DNA from: Chiloscyllium plagiosum
Lineage: Eukaryota
Direction: 5' to 3'
NCBI RefSeq assembly: GCF_004010195.1
Contig: NC_057713.1
Coordinates: 99,132,449 to 99,196,448, forward strand
DNA length: 64,000 bases
Below are positions 56,460-64,000 of this stretch, in pieces. A program made the position numbers and the translations under genes. A model generated the notes under the pieces. It had not been told where the DNA came from and made no database searches. It saw nothing but the letters and a program-made list of their open reading frames with translations. How positions within the stretch are numbered: position 1 is the stretch's first letter; each line of letters begins with the position of its first letter.

Positions 56460-57448
56460 CTGTATGAATAAATTGGAAGCTAGCTGAAGTGATTCATACT
56501 TTCAATACAGTCATACGGTGGTTCTAAGCATTGCAAGACACTGGTCCCAGTTTGGAAGCTAGTAAAGGAGTTAATATTCTATCTGTATAATTTGGTCACA
56601 TGTTGAGATAGAGAAGACACCAAGTCTTAAACCTTCCACATCCTACAATGCTGAGGGAAGGCAGGGATGAACTCTGATCACAATCTTTCAACTACCATTG
56701 GAAGGGAATGATCTGCCAGATGATGACAGGGTTACCAAATACAAAATCTCTTATTTACAGTGTAGAAATAACGCTATTACACAAAGAGAACAAAAGCATG
56801 AAAGACATCACAGAAAACAGAGCAAAATAATAAAATATTAAATAAACTGGATGCAGGGAGCAGATGCAGAGGACCATTTATCAGCAGAGTGGCTGAGCCA
56901 GAGATGACAGAAACTGGTAAAATTACTGCCGAAATTAAAAGCTGACATTTATATAGAAAAGACTGTAGAATGATGTACAGTAACAATGTTTTATTAACAT
57001 ACTGTGGAGCAATACTTCCATGCAACACATGTTTATGGGAAACTAGAGAAAAACTTTGTGCCAGGTAATGTATTCTTGTCAACATATTCCAGCATAAGCG
57101 GTGAAACAGTTCAGTTAACTGTCACTGTGTGCTATTTTACTGGAATAGAAGACATCCCAAGAAAATACATAACGGGAGGTTTGTCTTCCGTTAAGACACT
57201 ATATTAATTCATGTACTGCTCTTGCATTGTAGAATACGTAGCAAGGTATATACGTACCATATCAACCAGTGCCACATACAAGAACAACCCAGCAGTAACA
57301 GCAAAGATCCAAGAGGAGACATTTTCAGCATAATGGCCAATGGCAGTGCCAGTTATCATACCCAGGTACCCCAGCAAGGCAGATAGGATATTGTACAGGA
57401 TAGCTTGTTTCACAGTCATTCCAGCCTTCAACAGCACAGCAAAATCAC
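56307..57448 (-). CDS. SLC39A6: SLC39A6 (ZIP6/LIV-1 zinc transporter), last two coding exons: complement(join(56307..56459,57258..57448))
   Basis: Reads GDFAVLLKAGMTVKQA...GHYAENVSSWIFAVTAGLFLYVALVDM | VPEMLHSDAGDH...LQNSGMLLGFGIMLLIAVFEHKILSIVRL*. This is a LIV-1 family C-terminus; GHYAENV, VPEMLH and FEHKI favour ZIP6 over ZIP10. Confidence 0.88.
57258..57448 (-). CDS. SLC39A6: SLC39A6 penultimate exon
   Basis: Acceptor tctgcag, donor gtacgt; 191 nt. Confidence 0.9.
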
Positions 57449-57774
57449 CTGCAGACAGAAATATTGGGAAACATTTTGGAAACTTTCAAACATTAGTGCT
57501 TTCTCATCATTGTTGTTTCATAATATAAGTCCCACCTCAATATTGTAAGGCATGACTCAGTAGGCATCAATTCTCTTGCAAGCAGCGAGTTTATATATCA
57601 AGATGTCAATTTGACTCAGTCGGCAACTCTCTCACTTTATAGCCAGAAGGTGGTGAGTTCAGGTCTCACTCCTGAGTTTGGAGCACAAAATGTAGACTGA
57701 CATTCTCAGTATATTTTAGGGAATGTTGCATTTTGAATGATACAACAAGATTGCAACTACTGTGTGATAAAGGG

Positions 57775-59030
57775 CTACAGCACAGAGAAAGACCCTTTGG
57801 CCCATTTAATCTGCACTAGTTAAAAACACCCAGCAAACTATTCGAATCCCATTTCTCAGTACTTGATCCACAGACTTGTATGCCTTGGCATCACAAGTGC
57901 ACACCTAAATACTTCTTAAATATTAGGATGTTTCTGCTTCCATCATCTATAAAGACAGTGAGTTGCAGATTCCCGCCACATCTGGGTGAAAACATTTTTC
58001 TCTCAATCTCTAAACTTTCTGCCCTTCTCTGAAATCTATGCCCCCACTCATTGATTCGCCCGCTTAGTTCTTTCCTATTTATCCATTCTATTCCCTTCAC
58101 AATTTTATACATCTGGATCATGTCTCCCCTTCACCTCCTCTACTCCAAGAAAAACAACTGTAGTCTATCCCATCTGTCTTCATAACTAAATCTTTCCAGC
58201 CCAGCCAACATCCTGATAAATCTCCTCTGCACCCACTCCAGTGCAATCACTTTCTTCCTATAATATGGATTCCAGAATTGCACACAATACTCTTAAGTGT
58301 GCTGAACCAACTTTATGTAAGTTCCAACCTAATCTCTCGTCTTAAAACTCCATGCATTGGCTATAAAGGCAAGTATCCCAAATGCCTTAACTACATTATC
58401 CAGCTGTCCTTCTACATTAAGGGACTTGTGGATATACCCAGTGGATGTGCACACCAAGGTCCCTCTGATCCTAGATGCTCCCCAAGGTCTTACTGTTCAG
58501 CATGTATTGCCTCGTTTGTCCTGCTTAAGTGCATCACCTCACACCAATTTGGACTGAATTCCATTACCACTGATCAACCTACCATATCTATTTCCTTCTG
58601 TAATCTAAGGATATCCTCCTCACCATTTATGTCTTCAATATTTACCGCTTCATCAATCTTCATATTATCATGAATTTACTGATAAACTCTCCATCATTCA
58701 AGCCGAAATCATTTACATATCTCACAAAACTGCAACACTAATCCTTGCAAAACTCTATTGGTCACAGGTTTCCAGTCACAAAGCAACCCTTAACCAACAT
58801 CCTCTGCTCCCTGCCACTCAGCCAATTCTGGATCCACTTAGTCAAATTTCCTTGGACTCTTACATTCACTATCAGTTCCCCAATCTGCACCTGACAAAAG
58901 TTTTGCTGAAGTCCAGGTAGATTACACCTCCCATCTACGCACCTGGTCGCCTCTTCAAAAAAATTCAATCAAGACAGTTAGAAATAACCTCTTCTTAATC
59001 CTTGTTTCTCCAAGTGCAGATTAATTATGT
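57775..59030 (-). mobile_element. Older CR1 RT/3' fragment in a SLC39A6 intron
   Basis: ORFs 57891..58121 and 58762..58968 (WIQNWLSGREQR). Confidence 0.8.
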
Positions 59031-61094
59031 CGCTCAGAAAGAATTCTGGGTAATGCAAATGGAGGACAGGGAAAAATTGTGGCTGTAAGGACTCAATTTT
59101 TGAGGTATTTTCAATGTTGGACCGGACTTCCCGAATTCTAAAGAGCAATAATTACTGTTTTATAAGCTGTTGCATTGTTTTGGAACTTTGGGAAACAAAA
59201 AGATCAAAATAACGGCACTTTAAAAATAAGGAAAGGAGACAAAGGCAGTGATTGGGAAATGATTCAAACAGATAAAGAAACCATCCCTGCTATCTGACCC
59301 AGCAATAATCTGCACAGCTGCTGCCTTTGCTGTTAGGTTGCAAGTATCTCTGGACATTGGAGTTCCTTCTAAGAAAAATAAACAAACAGCAAAATTCACA
59401 GCTCACCTTGGAGTAACCTGAGTGGGGGTGCTCACAGCAGGACAGCAGTTAAGTGGCTAGTTTTAAAATGTAACCTTACTGTTTTTTTTGTAAATCTACA
59501 ATAGTGAGTAGAGTGGAGTTTTTTTATTTATATGTTTCTATACAGATTTGTCTCGATTAAATCTTAAAAATATAGGTACTAAGCGAGCACGAAACAGTGT
59601 TTTTACAGCAGTAAGACTATGCTATTTTCTGGGTCTGTGGATTGTTGAAGTGCAAATATGGCGTTTCATAGAGTGACATGCTCTTCCTGTTGGATGTGGG
59701 AGATTAGGGAGAGTTTCTACGTTACTGATGATTATGTCTGCAGGAAGTGTGTTGGTTGCACATCCTATTGGATCACATTGATCAGATGGAGCAGCAACTA
59801 GAGACAATGTGGAATTTACAGGAGCTGAGAAGTGAGATGGATGGCAGTTGCAGGGAGGGAGATAAACTGGAGATACAGTCAGGCAGATGGGTGACCTCCA
59901 GGAAAGGTAGGAGAGGAAGGCATGTAGAGCAGGACACTCCTGTGGCTATCCCCATCTCAAACAAGTATGCCATTTTGGAAAATATAGAGGTTGATGTAGC
60001 ACTGACAGCCAGGCTTCTCATACTGAGATTGGCCCAAATGAAGCAAGGGCTATACCAGTTCCAAGCGATTGATGGTGACAGGGGACACTCTAGTCAGAGG
60101 CACAGACAGATGTTTCTGCAGCCAATCGTGACACAATAGAATGGTGTGTTGCCTCCCTGGAGCAAGGATATCTTGGAGAGGGTCCAGAATATTCTCAAAG
60201 GGGAGAGGGACCTGCGGGAGGTCATTGTACACATTGGAACTAATGACATAGGAAGAGAAAAGGATGAGATTCTGATGAGAGAATATAGGAAGTTAGGCAG
60301 GAATTTAAAAAGTAGGAATAGGAGGATAGAGCAGATGGAAGTGTGGATGAAGAGCTGGTGCAGGGGAGAAATATTCACATTTTTGGATCATTGGAATCTC
60401 TTCTGACATAGAAGTGACCTGTATGAAAAGGATGGCTAGCACCTGAATTGAGTGGGGACTGATATCTTGACAGGGGGATTTGCTAGAGCTGTCCAAGAGG
60501 ATTTAAACTAGTTATTTTAGCGGCAGGGGTGGGGTTGGGGAGGGTGTTTGGGACTGGTACTGTTGGGAAAAGGAGCAAGTCAAACAGTCAGAGCAGGCAG
60601 AAATAAAGAAAACAAGGTCGGACTGATAAATTGAACTGCATTTACTTCAATGCAAGAGGTCTAATAGGTAAGGCAGATGAACTCAGGGCAATGGTTAGGC
60701 ACATGGAACTGGAATATCATAGCAATTACAGAGACGTGACTCAGGGATGGACAGGACTGGCATCTTAGTGTTCCTAGATACAAATGCTATAGAAAGGATA
60801 GAAAGAGGGTGTGTGTGTGTGTGTGTGGAGGGGTGGGTGGATGTGTGTGGGGGGAGGGGGGGGGGTGTCGCGGGGTGGGCAGCAGGGGTGTGGCATTTTT
60901 GCTTAGGGATAACATTACAGCTGTACTTAGAGAGGGTTTTTCTGGGAATACATCCAGGGAAGTTATTTCAATGGAACTGAGAAATAAGAAAGGGATGACT
61001 ACCTTATTAGGATTGTGCTGTAGACACCCCCCAATAATCAGCAGGAAATTGAGGAACAAATTTGTAAGGAGATCTCAGTTATCTTTCAGAATAA

Positions 61095-61291
61095 TACAGG
61101 TCATTAACGCAAATTCACTATTCTGCAATTGATGAATTGAGGACTTGGTACTAAAGCGCCATGTTTAAAGCATGCATTGGTTACAACACGATTCTGACCC
61201 CATTGGTCTAAACAGAGCTGCTATTACGCGATTTTCTTAAAACATGGGATTGCATGAAAACAAAACTAGAGAGTTATAGCAGAACTGACTG
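61095..61291. mobile_element. Possible Tc1/mariner (Tigger-like) MITE inserted in the CR1
   Basis: Non-CR1 insert beginning TACAG and ending gttatagcagaactgactg; the left terminal repeat is poor. Confidence 0.35.
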
Positions 61292-62199
61292 GAGGATGAT
61301 TATGGTAGGGGGGGTTTCAACGTAGCCGGGTTTCAACTTTCCAAACATAGATTGGAACTGCCACTGTGTTAAGGACTTGGCTGGAGAGGAATTTGTTAGG
61401 TGTGTACTAGAAAATTTTCTGATTCAGTATGCGGATGTACATACTAGAGAAGGTGCAAAACTTGACCTACTCTTGGGATATAAGGCAGGGCAGGTGATTC
61501 AGGTGTCAGTGGGCAAGCACTTTGGGGCCAGCAACCGTAATTCTGTTAGTTTTAAAATAGTGGTAGAAAAGGATAGACCAGATCTAAAAGTTAAAAGTTC
61601 AAATTGGAGGATGCTAATTTGACAGTATTAGGCAAGAACTTTCAAAAGGTGATTGGGGGTGGATGTTCACAGGTAAAGGGATGGCTGGAAAATGGAAAAC
61701 CTTCAAAGATAAGATAACGAGAGTCCAGAGACAGTATGTTCCTGTTAGGGTGAAGGGTAGGGCTGGTAGGTATCGGGAATGCTGAATGACGAGAGAAATT
61801 GAGGTGGTAGTCAAAAATAAGAAGGAAGCATACAGTAGATATAGACAGCAGGGGTCCAGTGAATGCCTAGAAGAGTATAAAGGCAGTAGGAGCATACTTA
61901 AGGAGGAAATCAGGAGGGCAAAAAGGAGACATGAGAAGGCTTTAGCAAATAGAGTTAAGGAGAATTCCAGGGGATTCTATAAATACATTAATGACAAAAG
62001 GATAACTAAGGAGAGAATAAGGCCCCTCAAAGATAAGCAAGGCCATTTATGTGTGGAACCACAGGAGATGGGGGAAGATACTAAACAAGTATTTTGCATC
62101 AGTGTTTACTGTGGAGAAGGATATTGAAGAGAATGTGGGGAAATAAATAGCAACATCTTGAAAAATGTCCATATTACTGAGGTGGTGGTGCTGGACATC

Positions 62200-62980
62200 T
62201 AGCCGCAGCTGTTCATATTATATATTAATGATCTGGATGAAGGAACTGGGGGCGTTCTAGCGAAGTTTACCGATGATACAAAGTTAGGTGGACAGGCAGG
62301 TAGTACTGAGGAAGTGGGGAGGCTGCAGAAGGATCTAGACAGTTTGGGAGAGTGGTCCTGGAAAGGGCTGATGAAGTTCAATGTGAGCAAATGCGCGGTC
62401 TTGCACTTTGGAACAAAGAATACAAGCATGGACTACTTTCTAAACGGTGAGAAAATTCATAAAGCCAAAGTACAAAGGGATCTGGGAGTGCTAGTCGAGG
62501 ATTCTCTAAAGGTAAACATGCAGGTTGAATCCGTGATTAAGAAAGCGAATGCAATGTTGTCATTTATCTCAAGAGGGTTGGAATATAAAAGCAGCGATGT
62601 GNNNNNNNNNNNNNNNNNNNNNNNNNNNNNNNNNNNNNNNNNAGGGTGGACGCTAGGAAATTGTTTCCGTTAGGCGAGGAGACTAGGACCCGTGGACACA
62701 GCCTTCGAATTAGAGGGGTAAATTCAGAACAGAAATGCGGAGACATTTCTTCAGCCAGAGAGTGATGGGCCTGTGGAATTCATTGCTGCAGAGTGCAGTG
62801 GAGGCCGGGAAGCTGAATGTCTTCAAGGCAGAGATTGATAAATTCTTGATGTCACAAGGAATAAAGGGCTACGGGGAGAATGCAGGTAAGTGGAGTTGAA
62901 ATGCCCATCAGCCATGATTGAATGGCGGAGTGGACTCGATGGGCCGAATGGCCTTACTTCCGTTCCTATGTCTTATGGTC
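62200..62980 (+). mobile_element. Younger CR1 subfamily 3' fragment nested in the long CR1
   Basis: Interrupts the host between ...ctggacatct and aaatgcatcaaaatggataaatcc; has its own F.DDTK motif and a tail ending tcttatggtctta. Confidence 0.85.
62602..62642. other. Assembly gap (41 N)
   Basis: Run of N. Confidence 1.
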
Positions 62981-64000
62981 TTAAAATGCATCAAAATGGA
63001 TAAATCCCCAGGACTTGATCAGATGCACCCTAGAACTCTAGGGGAAGCTAGGGGTGTGATTGATGGGGTCCTTGCTAAGATGTTTGTATCATCAATAGCC
63101 AATGGTGAGGTGCTGGAAGACTAGAGGTTGGCTAACATGGTGCCACTATTCAAGAAAGGTGGTAAGGAAAATCCAGGGAACTATAGACCTATGAGTCTGA
63201 CATCAGTGGTGGGCATCCTGAGGGACAGGATTTACATACATTTAGAAAGGAAAGGACTGATTAGGGACAGTCAACATGGCTAGCGTGTAGGAAATTGTGT
63301 TTCATGACCTTAATTGATTTTTTGAAGTAACGAAGAGGATTGATGAGGACAGAGCGATGGATGTGATCTATATGGACTCTAGGAAAGCGTTCGACTAGAT
63401 GGTAGACTGGTTAGCAAGGTTAGATCACACTGAATACAGAGAGAACTAGCTATTTGGATCCAGAACTGGCTCAAAGGAGAAGACAGAGGGCAGCGGTGGA
63501 GGGTTGCTTTTCAGAGTGGAAGCCTGAGACCAGTGGGCCTCACAGCGCCAGAGACCTGGGTTCAAGTTCGCGGGTGTCACCAAACGTGGAGGCATAGTGG
63601 ACAGCGAAGAAGGTTACCTCAGATTATAACGGGATCTTGATCAAATAGACCAAGGAGTGGCAGATGGAGTTTAATTTACAGAAATGTGAAGTGCTGCAAT
63701 TTGGGAAGGCAAATCAGTTCAGGACTTATACACTTAATGGTAAGGTCCTGGGGAGTGTTGCTGAACAAAGAGACCTTGGAGTACAGGTTTATAGTCTCTT
63801 GAAGATGGCATTTGGTATGCTTGCCTTTATTAATCAGTGCATTGAGTATCGGAATTGGGAGGCCAATTGATTGGGCCACTATTGAAATACTGTGTACAAT
63901 TCTGGTCTCCCTGCTATAGGAAGGATGTTGTGAAACTTGAAAGGATTCAGTAAAGATTTACAAGGATGTTGCTAGGGTTAAAGGATTTGAGTTATAGGAA

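Larger units (their letters stand above)
59100..64000 (+). mobile_element. Near full-length CR1 LINE (5' UTR, ORF1 with Cys motif and SGNH esterase, ORF2 EN-RT), degraded, running past the window end
   Basis: ORF1 from ~59658 reads MAFHRVTCSSCWMWE...YVCRKC, with a GDS-like block and VIVHIGTNDIG; ORF2 from ~60630 (CIYFNAR) is collinear with 4358-7177. Confidence 0.9.

Noticed and set aside
56307-57448. SLC39A10 (ZIP10) identity
   Set aside because: Some residues are ZIP10-like (GTA, FAVTAG), but the last exon length and the motifs GHYAENV, VPEMLH and GFGIMLLI..FEHKI fit ZIP6 better.

Overview
Eukaryotic vertebrate genomic DNA, most likely a shark or other elasmobranch, judged from HE1-type tRNA SINEs, HER1/CR1 LINEs, Deu-domain SINEs and Penelope-like elements (PLEs). 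Three spliced protein-coding genes were reconstructed by hand from GT-AG boundaries and continuous reading phase. (1) The last 7 exons of TOPAZ1 (+, 12563-30496, 401 C-terminal aa). (2) A complete 10-exon TCAIM (-, 50870-33137, 486 aa). (3) The last 2 exons of the zinc transporter SLC39A6/ZIP6 (-, 57448-56307). The rest is mostly decayed, often nested retroelements, two minisatellites and two N-gaps. Most notable: many short PLE-derived insertions, often hairpin-shaped, with 10-14 bp target duplications and minimal hammerhead-ribozyme cores; a 35-aa PPR-like periodicity followed by an SMR-like segment in the TOPAZ1 C-terminus; two SINE-head-only captures at rearrangement junctions; a CpG-rich 36-bp minisatellite just upstream of TCAIM; and TOPAZ1 and TCAIM lying tail-to-tail. 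Gene and repeat-family identities rest on recalled homologous sequences, not database searches, and repeat boundaries are approximate.
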